Shown piece by piece: positions 24,895 through 39,119 of a stretch of DNA of 64,000 bases. The DNA is from the human T2T-CHM13v2.0 reference genome, Homo sapiens. A model generated the notes under the pieces. That model was given only the letters and a program-made list of their open reading frames with translations. It did not search any database and had not been told where the DNA came from. The stretch lies in the NCBI RefSeq assembly GCF_009914755.1, contig NC_060929.1. One strand, 5' to 3'. Both the position numbers and the translations under genes were made by a program. The first letter of the stretch is position 1, and the number at the start of each line of letters is the position of its first letter.

Positions 24895-26705
24895 AATAAT
24901 AATAGCAATGCATATTTATTGGCCATTTTACTTGAATTGTATCATGTAATCTAGTTTAGAGTCCTGTGAGGTAGGTTTTATTATCCTCTCTATGAGGTTG
25001 AATAACTTGCCCAAGACCACACAGCTAGGAAGTAGAAAGACTGGTATTTGAACCCATCTTCTCCTTTTCTTCTCCTTCCTCCTCCTCCTCTCTTCCAACA
25101 CCTGCTCCCAAGGAAGCTCATCCAGTGCATGACTTTAGCTACCACCTGCTCGTAGTGGTGACTCAAATCTGCATCTCCAATCCTCATACCTATCCTGAGC
25201 TCAAGACCTTTGAATATAGCTCCCTCCTGTCCATCCCTCCTGGAAATGCAGGTGGCTTGTTCACACATAATGTGAACACAAATGGAGCACTCTCCTCACA
25301 CACCCAAATGTGCACCTTCACCAGCGTGCCCAGCACAGGCATCCCTTCCTGCCAGCTATGAGCCTCGAGGTTAGCTCTACTGCCCCTCCCTAACCCTGCA
25401 TGCCCAAGGGGTTTCCAAGTCTAATCAATGCTACCACTAAAATCTCCCATACACCTGTTCCCTCCTCTCCACTAGCTTGATCACTCCCCATGCAGGCCCT
25501 CAGTTGCTTTATGCTCTCAGTAGGCCCTCCTCCAGTGCCCACACTCTCTCCCTTCTCCTTCCCACCTTCTTTCTACCAGAGTTCTAACCTCTCCAAGCCC
25601 CGCTTGTCTTTTTCTTTCCCTGGCTGCCATCCTAACTCGCCCCTTCCCTTCTCAGACAAGCTTCTACATGCTACTCATCTCTCCATCAAACCACCATATT
25701 CGGGCTTTGGCCATCTGCTCTCCACAGCCAAGTCCCCAGTGGCCTCTCTGCTTCTGACACAGTGAAAGCCATTCAGATCTGTCTTGTTGGCAGCATTCCT
25801 CACTTTGAGCAGCGCCCTCCTACTAGGATACCCCTCCTTGACTACAACCCCACATTCTCTACTTCCTGGGCTCTTCTGTCACTGGAGGATGACTCCCAGG
25901 TGTGAATCTTCATCCCGCGTCCCTCACTCAAGCCCCCGATCCTCATATCCAGCTTTATCCTCATGGGATGCTTCACCAGGATGAGTCATAAGCACCTCAG
26001 ACTCAGGGTGTCCCAAACCACTCATCTACCTGGCAAGCCTGCACTCTGCATGTGCCTCATTCTGAACATGGCACCATCACCTGCTGCAATGTCCAGACCA
26101 CAAACACCCTACAATATCCTTGACTCTCCTTTCTCCCCTTCTCCCTGTATACAGACTCCAAATTCTATTGAGACTATTACCTCCTACACCCCTCACATTT
26201 GCCCAGCCTTCCCCATCTCTGCCTCTACCACCATAGTTCAAGCTCTCCCATGGTCCCTTCCTGGTTACCTGTTCTTCTTGCCTCCTTAAGCCTCTCATGA
26301 CACTGGCCATGTCACTTGCCTCCACCCATCACCCGCTAGGCTCTTAGCTGGAGTCTGGGCCCTGCTACCTTCCTCCCCTTCTTCCCTACCCTTGACTCCA
26401 CCTCCCTGTGCTTCAGCCAACCAGATAACTTGAGTTTCGTGAATGCATGCCTCAGTTTACCTGATTAACTCATTTTCATCTTTCAGGCCTCAGAGCAGGT
26501 ATCACCCTGTCAGGGCCAGGTGCCTCTTCTTAGCTCCCAAAGCCCCAGCTACTCTTCATGGAACATCATTGGCTTGGGCTACGGATCTTCCCAAATTGGA
26601 GCTTTTTCACAAAGGGCTTAGGTCTCACTCATTCTATTAATCCATCTGTGTCTCCCCAGGGCTAGCAGTGCCAAGTAACTGACAGGTGATTAATAGATGC
26701 TTGGG
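24895..26705. mobile_element. MIR (~24895-25055, minus) followed by degenerate L2 fragments (plus)
   Basis: MIR core aacttgcccaagaccacacagctagga; long pyrimidine-rich L2-like tract ending near 26700; internal bounds uncertain. Confidence 0.5.
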
Positions 26706-27259
26706 TAAGTATCACCTCTTTACCATGTGACAATTTGTTTACCTGCCTTGAGCTCCTCCAGGGCAGGACTCTTGCCTTTGCAGAATCTATCTGGCAGGTA
26801 CTGTTGCAGAGATGTTTACTGAAGAAGGGAATGAATTAGTACCAAGGTGAGGACCCCACCCTTCCCCACGGGCTCCAAAAGCAGCTTAGAGCCCAACAAA
26901 ACCTGCCCCACATTTTTGGCGTTTCTGTGGATCACACGATTTACTCATCTGTCTTTCAATGAGCATGACAGGTGGGGTGGGGGTGGAGGGATTAGAGATT
27001 GAGGAGCTGGGGAGGGTGGTCAGCTCCTGGGGTGCAGAAACAAGTCTGATGGGCCATGGTGTTCTGGGAATCAGCACTGCCTCCCCTCACCCCTCCCTGC
27101 AGTGTTTTGTAGCCTCAAGATCAGTGAGGGAATCTTCGGGCCCCCAGCATGCAGGACCGAAGCCCCCGAGACAGCTGTCCCTCAGTCCCAAGGTCCCCAT
27201 TTGGAAGCAGCCACAGGAGGCCTAAGGGACCTATACCCTTGGTTTGAGGAAGACTGTGG

Positions 27260-27990
<731 letters not shown>

Positions 27991-30900
27991 AGCCACTGCA
28001 GAAAGGGGGAAATGGCAACTCTTTGGCCATAATCACCGTGGGAGGGTGCCAAGGGCAAAGCCCACCCAGCAGTACACCTATTCCAACCCAGCCAGGCCCC
28101 CGGCCAGCGACTCCAGACAAGAACCTGGGCCACACACGGTGGCAGCATCTAAGGTGCCCCAGGCTCCTGTGCTCCTGGCCAGGCCCTGCACTCAGACACT
28201 GCTGGCACCCGACACTGCTCTCTGGGTACAGCAAGGGCAATGTGGCACTTCTTGTCCTGCCCGATGAAGAGCAGGAGAATGCACTGGGCCCTCACACACA
28301 CTGTTCAAATGGGGAAACTGAGTCCTGAGTGGTTCCACTTTCCCACAGTCCTGAAGTGTGCACTGGAGCCAGGATTGGAGTCTGTCTTAAAGTAATAGCT
28401 GGGTTTGTAAATGTAGGACACTATCATTGCAGGAATTCCTTTGAGACCCTGAAGATGTGTTGGCTTTAGGAGACAAACTCAAGCAGAAGGTCTGGTCTGA
28501 TAGTGGCCCTAATACTGACCCAGGCAGAGGCAGGCAACATTTCTACCTCAAAAACCAGGCCATACCTGCGTCACAAATACCCAGGCTTTGCTGCAGCTTC
28601 CAGCCTACCTGGTTGCACCAACTTCTTTTTCATAACTAGGTAAAACTATATATGAGTAGAATCTTGTAGTGACTCCTCAGAGGAAGCCTAAATACCATCG
28701 GGGTCTGGCGTTCACACCCACAAGCAATGCCCAAACCTCCAAGAGACTGGGCAGATCTGTGCTCAAATCAAAACTCATTGTTGGGGGTGATAGAGTTGAC
28801 TTCACAGGCCCTGAAAGTCTTGGCTCCTTGCACTAGGAGTGCTCTGGGTACGGGTACAGGCTGCCCCTTGTAGGGCATAGTTGCTCTTGTTTCCTCTACT
28901 TGTGGCTTTATGGTCTAGGCCTTTCAGGAGTTTGGGGCTCTGGCGGAGAGGGCCTGCTGGGAGCACATCTGGCCACCCTGCAGAGTGAAATCAAACCAGG
29001 CCTGGCTGCAACCTCAACACCCTCCTGGAAAGAGGAGAATACTGGGGATATCCTGGGGTCTTTCTGGAAGTGGGAGAATCAGCTTTGACTTGGGCAGTGT
29101 GCAGAATAGAGTGAGGGGGGATGTCAGAAAGATGAGAGGGATATGAGGCCTCAACATCAAAATGCAAGCACCTGGCATTTTTATTATCTCTGCCCACCTC
29201 TCCGTTGGTCTCTCTGCCTTTCCTGCCAATGAATTGTGTTATGTTTGGGTGCCTCAATTTGCCTAGGAGGGTTCTATTTCTTCTGTATCTTCGCCACTAA
29301 GTCAGGAGAAGATCCTTATAGCATGCCCTGCAACAGTGTCACCTGTAAGGGCATCTCTCTGCACAGCCACAGTGAAGGATCCTCAAAGGTATTGAGGGCT
29401 TTCCATCAAGAGCCATCTTTACAGCAAACCTCTTTCCCTTCAGAGCCCAGAAGAGTGCTGACCAGCTGGAAAACAGGGTTTTTTTCTTAAATGCAGATGC
29501 TCTTGATTATGAGTTCCAGATATTAGATCAACTTCCCCACCATACCCCTGCAGGCAAAGCCTCTTAATTAGCTTCCTGCAGCACAGCTGGAAAGGCCTAT
29601 TGTAATCTGTGATGGGCAGAGTAATCTAAGAAGTCACAGGAGCACCCCTGTCCCAGTAGAATCTGGATGCGCAGGCACATGAACCATGGCAAAATGGTTG
29701 CAGGCACAGTTGTATTTACTCTGATCTAACTGTCCCTGTTAATGCCACAGGGCTGCCTGGCCTGGCACACAGGGCTGTGGCGCCTTGTGCAAATGGATAA
29801 CGTTGTTCTAGCTCCAGCCTTTCATTCAAAGTGAAAACTGTTAGAAAGGGAAGGAAAACTTTGCTATTTTAAGGAATTGTAGCGTGCTGCCTGATATGAA
29901 GGAAGAAATAACAGCTGTGCCTTGCTTGTGCGCAGCACTCGATTGCCGCTTTTGCTTTCGACCTCACCACAACACAGTGAGATCTACTGTTCATGTTCCC
30001 ATTTTACAGGAGGTGAAACTGCAGCTTAATGAGGTAGAGAGTGACTTAGTTCAGACACAGAATGCTGTTGGGAGAGTAATAACTATGATATGGTCTCTTG
30101 ACTCCCAGCTATATCTGTGTTGCTATAGGGAAGGGGAAAAATAATACTGAAAGAGAAGTAAAAATACAATCACACTTCCAAACATCAACCACCAAAAACT
30201 GAACTGAATTTCCTGAAGCACTTGGTTTTCAAATCTAAGCTGAACATCAATGCTGTTATTCTTGAGGCCCAGAAGCAACTTGCTCATTTCAATTAAGCTT
30301 CAGCATGAACTTCCTATGTACACAGCCCACCCACACTCCCCGATGTGAGAAGGAGAGGGTCACAGCCGCCCCCAGCCTCTGCTGCTGCCACAAGGACAGC
30401 AGCAGTGGAAATATTCAGCAAAGGAATGTTGGAGCCACATCCACAAGAGACTCACTGAAGATTCGCCAAACGCCTACGGAAAGTGGCAGGGAATTCATTG
30501 ACAGTAATTGTTTCCTGCTTGATCAGATTGAAGAGCTTCTGGGATTCTGTAACAATAAATAGGACCGGGGGCTGGAGTATGGCCAGCAAGGACTCTTCAG
30601 GGGTTATTCAGGGACTGTCTAACCTGTGAATCCTAGGCAGCAAACAGAAACCAGGTATTCAGAAATCTGGAGGATTTGGTCAGGCCCAGCTAGGACTAGG
30701 GAGGCATGGGCCTCTGCTGGCTGTGGTCCCTTCTCCAGCCTTCACTTCTCTTGTCCCTAGATCCTTACATGGATTCATTAATGCTCATTGTCCCTCCTGG
30801 GCCCACTCACTTTCACCTGTTGAACAAAAAACTGGCCAAGAGGTGACAGTCATATCACCGCAGAAGAGACAGGGCAGAGAAATGAAGGGGCAGAATGGAC

Positions 30901-32144
30901 TCCCACCCAAAAGCCTGACTCTGAATATTTGAGAATTGTTCAAGTTCCTGCAGAGGAATCATGATGGGGACAGTAGGTGTAGTTTTTACTGCAATATTGG
31001 TGTCTTCTTAACAAATACGCTGCACATCAAGTGATGTCTGTGGATGGCATTCTTAAAGTAACAGGGAAATTGATGTTAAAGAAATACTTCATCCTTTGGG
31101 TGATACCTGAAGTTCTCTGAGCTTGGAGGTCTTGTGAAAGCCCTCAGTATTGTTTGTTTTATTTGCTTTCCTCTGACTTGTGATTCAGTCAGATGCATGC
31201 CTGCCTCTGGCTCAGGAAGATCAACCCTCTCCTGACTGACCACGCCTCTCCTGACTGACCACGTAGCACAGCAGCTTCCTTTCCCTAGGGGCTCCTAATG
31301 AAGCTTTCACAATCACCTGGCCTGAGCACAGTTTGGGTCAGGACTTGGTATACTTGAAAAAAACATGCAAAACCAAAATCCTGTGGTTCTGGAAAAGGCT
31401 TCTTAGCAGAACCCCCAGACATTTACACTCTGCTTTTTCACAGGGTCCCTGAGGATTCTTTGGATCTGGGTAGTTTGGGGAGCAGTATTTTCAACAAGTT
31501 CATTTCGTGCTCCTTCTACACCCTGCCTGGATGCTAGGCCCCATCTAGAATGTGAACAACAGAACAAGGCAGAACACTTGTCCTCAAGGTTCTGTTGAGT
31601 GTTAGATGCAGAGAAGAGACACCCCCCACCTCCCCGCATCACTTACAGGAATTCTGTTTGGAACCCAACATCAAATAAGGACCGTATCCACTGTCAGAGG
31701 ATGGGAAGCAGCATGTCATCTGGGACATTGGAGAAAGGCTCCTGGGGGAAGTGGGACTTGAGCTGTGATCTAAGTAATGAACAACTGAGAGTTAAATGGG
31801 AGAGCATCCCCTATCAGGGTCCTGAGAGCAACCAGCCATGGTTTAAACCAGCTATAAAGCCTCGGGTTTATAGGATAGACAGTAACAATGGCTTGTCTTT
31901 GGGAGCCAAGCAGCTGGTCCAGGCATGCAGAGCATGTCTGTATGGAGAGCTGCCTGAGAGATGCTTTTGTTTACACTTATCAATTGCCCATGTCAAAGAA
32001 GGATATGTACATGAAGTTACATCAGTATGTAAGAGAGATTTTAACAATTTTTGCAGGGGAAGCTTTCATGGGGGCTGATGGGAATCTAGGTAAACAGAAC
32101 CAAAGTCTAAACCCAAGATATCCCCAGTACCAAGACTGAAATGA

Positions 32145-32360
<216 letters not shown>

Positions 32361-32618
32361 TGAGTATCTGTAACCAGCCAGGAGACCAAGCTGTATGCAC
32401 GCTGGCTGCAGTTCCCCAGGGCCTGGGCCAGCCTTCTAGAAGGTCAGGTTGCCTAAAAAGCCATGAAGATGCATGTGCGAACATGTCTGGGACCTGCGTG
32501 CTAGGGAGTGGCATTTTTAGGAAGCTGGCCAATTTTGTTTTGCATTTTTAAGGCTGCTGACAAGACTTGGAGACATTTTTCAGGGCTGGTTTGGGTTTGC
32601 AAGAAACATGAAACACTG

Positions 32619-32641
32619 CGTGTGTGTGTGTGTGTGTGTGT
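32619..32641. repeat. (TG)10 microsatellite in intron 2
   Basis: cgtgtgtgtgtgtgtgtgtgtgt. Confidence 0.9.
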
Positions 32642-32814
32642 TTCTCAATCCTCATAAAATAATACAGATATGCAGTGGAGAAGCCACCAGCATGTGACTC
32701 TGGAAAAGAAAGCCCATTGGTGAATCTGTACTAAAGAATGCCATCCCTATCTTACAGTCCTAAGGTAAACACCCCAAAAAGACTTAGAGCACTAAACATA
32801 TGCAGATTATGAGA

Positions 32815-33045
32815 CAGCATAGCATATAATATTTGCACAGACTTCCTCATTCAAACCCTAGCTCTACCTGGGCCAGTCGATTCATCTTTAGAACCCTCCA
32901 TTGCTTTACCTGAAAAGTTCGTATAACAAAAGGACCCACCTTATGGGGTTGTTACAAGGATTGAATGAAATAATGTACATAAGAGACTGAATATGGTGCC
33001 CAGCACATATCAGTGCTCAATAAATGCTAGCTACTATTATTATTA
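32815..33045 (+). mobile_element. MIR
   Basis: ttcaaaccctagctct...gttgttacaaggattgaatgaaataatgtacat...gtgcccagcacatatcagtgctcaataaatg. Confidence 0.65.
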
Positions 33046-33839
33046 TCACCCTAGATTTGCAAATCTAGACCACACAAGCAGAAGTAAGAGTGCCAACGGG
33101 GTGTGGACCAGTGTGGTTACAATAGGGCTTGTTGATGTCTGTTTCAGCAAGGAGGGAGGCAGCTTTTACCCCACTGCCCAGCTCCCTGGTGGAATCAGGT
33201 GCATGTTCTAACAATTCTGGGGAAACCTAATCTGTTTTGGCACTGTCAACAGATCTCAAAGCTGGCTGTCTCCTATAGCTAGGAAGATGTGTATGACAAA
33301 TCTCCTGAGCCACTTGTGAAGGCCTGACCTTCCTCCTGTCTCCATACATAATGGGATGATTAAGAAACTCTAAGCCACTCTCTTAAGCACTTTTCAATGT
33401 TAGGGATTTTTAAGTTTATTGTTGTGACATTGCTTTTGAGCAGACATCTCCTCCAATTTAATAGCCAACTGAAAGAAGAGAAAATGCTCTTTCCTTAAAC
33501 TGTATGTGGAAATAAATATTCCAATGTGTGACCCTGATTATGTTAGGCAATTAGCAATCCTAATATGAATTGAGGGAAGTTGGGATTCATGGCACAGCTG
33601 GGGAGATACCAGCAGTCCCTGGGAGCCTGTCCAGGGCAGGTCCATGGCAGCTTGCTCCATGCCTGATTGACAGCCCAGCCTGCAAGCTAAAAGTTGAGTG
33701 AGCTAGGAGGACACACTGCCAAGATTCAGCTAACAGACACCCAGCGATATTCTTGCTGCTATGAACAAAAGGAGACTATGCAAATTATACACCACCCATT
33801 CTTCCAGGATGCCTGACTTAAAAAATAAGAAAAAAGATG

Positions 33840-34188
<349 letters not shown>

Positions 34189-36744
34189 TTATCTACTCAA
34201 ATTAACAATTAATTACTTAATTAAACACAAAGCCAGGCCTCACCTAATTGCTTCTTGGAAGGTGACCAGAGTGCTAGTGCCAAGCAAACAACTCTTCTAT
34301 ATCTCAAGAGCCCTGGGCTTCAGAGGGCCATCTTTTTTGTTAATTCAAGTTTCTCTGAAAATGGAGACCCGTTTATGATGACAAGCTGGCTACAGGGTAG
34401 CATCTGCCACACTGTTTCGGGGGTGCCGCTGGGCTGAAGCATTTGCCCAGCTAGTTAACAATAGCTCGATAACATTCCCTATCAGTGTCCAGGCTGAGAA
34501 TACTGTCAGTGATGAGTCGCCTTGGCTCTTGTACCTGTATCTTTGTGTGCCAGGACAAGGCACAAGCAACAGAGCTGTGTGTTGCCAAAATGTTCCTGAT
34601 GAGCAGGTCAACCCCTCGGGGGCAGGTTTGGATATGATAATGTGGTGATGTGGTGGCGCAGCTCCCTTACCCAGTGAGCACAAGGGGAGTCCTCTAGGAA
34701 AAGGAAGAAATGTCTGGATGAGGTGGGGAGATGGGGTTCAGAGTGGACTCAGGCAAAGCCCGATGCCCAGTCCCAGCTGTTGGCCTAGTCTCACAAAGCC
34801 AGAAGGATATGACATTTACATTCAACTCTTGAATTTGTGGCCACTGCTTTGGGCAACTTCAAAGAGAGAAAATGAAGATAGAAAAATATTATTTGATATA
34901 AAACTTCTAGGACAAGAGAGGCCCTTCCTGGAACATTACATGTAGTATTAGGAAGGTGGAGCTGCCCTGGAAAAGATCCAGAGAACTCAGAGAGAGGAAG
35001 AGGTGGAACCCATCTCTGTTCTTGTAGAGAGCTCAGTAAGAGTGGCTTGGCAGGGCTCCTGTGTACCTGAGACCAAGACCAGTGAGGAGGCTACTGTCTG
35101 ACCACCATACGGTCAGAATTCAGTGCCATGGGTGGTCAGGTGGGAAGGGGAGAGGACTGTGCTGGCTGGAGTTGATGTTATCCTGGGGAAAGTAGGTCCC
35201 TAGATGCCTTTAGTTGAGTGAGGAGCAGACTGGGAAATGGGAGCACAGTAGTGGTTGGGGCAAAAAGGACTGTCTCTGCATGAGGTCCATAGGCAGTTGG
35301 AATTTTCTCAGCAAGACTCCAGAGAAGGAGGCTGGAGCAGAGGTGTATGTTGGGATGAAAAGGAGTAAAGTATCATGGGGGAGGAGGCAGCTCAGGTTGT
35401 CAAGGGTCAAGAAACCAGAAGGAGAATTTCACCTTGGAAGCAGACAACGGGTACCAAGCATACAGGGGAATACTTTGTGGTGAGAGGTCACACAGAGATA
35501 CAGGAGCCGACCTGGTGAGACAGGAGCCTGGAGCCACCTGCCTGCTTTTGTGAGGCCCCAGACTCCACTGCTATCATCAGGTGAAGCTCTGTTGCCTGCA
35601 CACAAAAGCTTTTCTGCATTTACAAAGAGAGAAGGGCCTGAGTTTCTGGTGCAATGCGTCAAGCTGACATATGGACTTTATTACAGGAAGTGGTTACCAG
35701 TGGGTCCCTATTTAGTGGCTGTTATTGTGAATTTTATTGTTCGGAAATTCACTTTAGCATTTATTTCAGATCCTAAATAGCACCGGAGTGATACAATGGC
35801 TAATCAAACAAAGAGGGCTGTGGGGAGCAGACAGTCAGCATCCCCCTCTGTGATTTCAGGCCCTGGTTTGATTAGTAGCCATAAAATTTTTTACGTGTGG
35901 CACTTTGAGCAAAGGTGCAGGAAATTGTGGTCAGGAAGCCTGGCTGCCTCTCGACAGGCTTCCTTTGTGCTAGCCCCAGGGAGAGGAGGCCTATTTAACA
36001 GCCAAGTCCAAGTTGACATCATGGGACTGGAATAGTCATAGCAGGAGCTCAGACATCATAAACGTGGCATAGGGAGGGCTGGTGGAGGAGCTAGCGGGTA
36101 TGGGTGGCAGCTATTCATTCCAAAAGTCTTGAAATTGTTTCACGAGCAACACATTTCACAAGTGCGAAGCCCTTCTCTGGAGCCAAGATGAGCTGGCAGA
36201 GCACTCCTGTTTCTCTAGTAGCAAGTGTTCCTTTGCCCAGGGGCAAAAATATTAATACTCCTTCAGCACTGCATTAATGCTTAAAGATTTAACTTTTAAA
36301 GAGATCAGCTGGTGCATGGTCGAGCTTTTCCATCAGCTGGCAGGGCTTTTTCAGTAGGTGTCCTTCTGGGCAGGGCACTGGGGACAGCTGACGTGAAGGT
36401 GAAGAAGAGCTGTCGTTTTCCTCCCTTATATCCCACAACCTTGGTCCCAAGAGGAAAAAAAAGAAGATGGTGAGAAGTCATCCAAGCAGACCCCAGACCC
36501 ATACTAGTGCCTCCTTTCCTGTTTCATATCCCTGTGCAGCCAGCTGGGATCTCTTGAATAATCTGCTCTGGGGGCACTGAGATTGGACATACACCAAACA
36601 GCGGAGATCGACCAAACGCCTCTGTTGGGCAGTGTTTCCTGAGGGTTCTGTCCCATTCTGTAAACTAGGAGGCTGACTAGCTGACAAGGAATTTTATTCT
36701 GTTGGGTATTTACATGAACCTATGTGCCACCTGGGGTAAGACCC

Positions 36745-37512
<768 letters not shown>

Positions 37513-38806
37513 GGCCTTATTTGTTGACTTATAGATGCATTTTTCTTTATTTCAATGTACTTTTATCAATGGTCTCATGTAGGGTATTGCTTTCAATGAA
37601 GATATTAACATAGTTTCAACTTTAAGGTTTATATCTGGAGTTTCTTTAGAAGCTTCACAACTGACCACTTAGTAAACAGTAAGCATCTGTTAAGTGCTTC
37701 TCATATGTAAGTTCATTCAATTCTCACAATCACACTATAAGATAAATATGATTATTAGCCCATTTACAGATGAGGAGACAGGCTCAAAAGACTTTTATGC
37801 AACCTGGTCAAAGTCATTCACTGGTAAGCTGAGGAGGTCTGTCCACTTCCCTTTGCTGCCCCCAGGGGGTATCAAGCCTGGCAGTTAGTGTCAGCGACTT
37901 AGGAGGTGAACAAGTGAGCAGGCCTGTAGGACCTGGCTAAACTGCCCCAGGTCTCTGTCTACAGCCTCAAACCTGTGGCTGTGGGTCCCAGAGACAAGGC
38001 CTCCTCAGCATCAGAGAAGGATGCCTTTGTCTCAGGGTCATCAACCTTCTCCAGGTTGCTCACCCCCTGCTGTAAAGGGGATCCCCAAGACCGCTCATCA
38101 GACAAGGAGCTTGGGAACTGAGGAGACACAGTCAGCCTCCAGGAGTGCCCAAAATGCCCTCACATGCTGCATACAGATTGCCACAAATAAAGTACATCCA
38201 CATTCTGAAGACTCTGTCCTCATCACCAACCAGGCTGGCCCCTGGTGAGGGCTGTAGTGGTTGAGGCCTTTGTTGGTAGACAGTAGGTTAAAGCAAGCCA
38301 TGATTTTCTATTGGGAGGCTTCAGAATCAGCTCAGCTGTGTTTCCAAGACCAGGAGGGCAGAAAGCAAACCATCCCAGGCAAGCAGTCCATGGGCCATGT
38401 CAGATGTCTAGACGTTATGGGTCTGTGTTTGCTCTGCCATTCCTCTCGGAAACTATGATGCCCTGTATGGTTTACCTTCAGTCACAGGTGACTGGCCTAC
38501 AGGGCCATTCCTTGTTCCAACGACTTCTCGAGTATAATTAATCCCCAGGCATTTACGGCCAGAGCAGCCGGCCAAATCCGTGAAGTGCAGTGGTTGTTTT
38601 AAATTATATTAACTTCTTGGAAACTTATTTTAGGGAGAGAAAACTCAGTACTTCTCTCTATCCAATCTTGAGTAAAAATGTTAGAAGGGACTGGTGGAGA
38701 GCCTCCCAGACATCCCTACACATAGACTTTGGGTTGACATTATCTCTTTGCACCTTCCTTGAAACTTTCTTCTAAATTAGGTGCCTTCCCTAATTTAGGC
38801 ACCTTC

Positions 38807-39119
38807 CCAGTACTAGTCTGTGACCTGTTAGGAACCAGGCCACACAGCAGGAGTTGAGTGGCAGGGAGTGAGCATTATTGCCTGAGCTCCGCCTCCTGTC
38901 AGATCAGCAGTGGCATTAGATTCTCATAGCAGTCCGAATACTATTGTGAACTGTGCGTGTAAGGGATCTAGCTTGTGCATTCCTTATGAGAATCTAATGC
39001 CCGATGGTCTGAGATGGAAGAGTTTCATACCAAAACCACCCCTTCCCCCTGCCACCATCTGGGGAAATATTGTCTACCACGAAACTGATCCCTGGTGCCA
39101 AAAAGGTTGGGGACCGCTG
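38807..39119 (+). mobile_element. MER1B-like hAT-Charlie element, 5' end missing
   Basis: cctgttaggaaccaggccacacagcaggag...gcattagattctcata...tatgagaatctaatgc...ggtgccaaaaaggttggggaccgctg. Confidence 0.85.

Noticed and set aside
38913-39000. Inverted repeat GCATTAGATTCTCATA / TATGAGAATCTAATGC as a pre-miRNA-like hairpin
   Set aside because: It is an internal palindrome of the MER1-family element itself.
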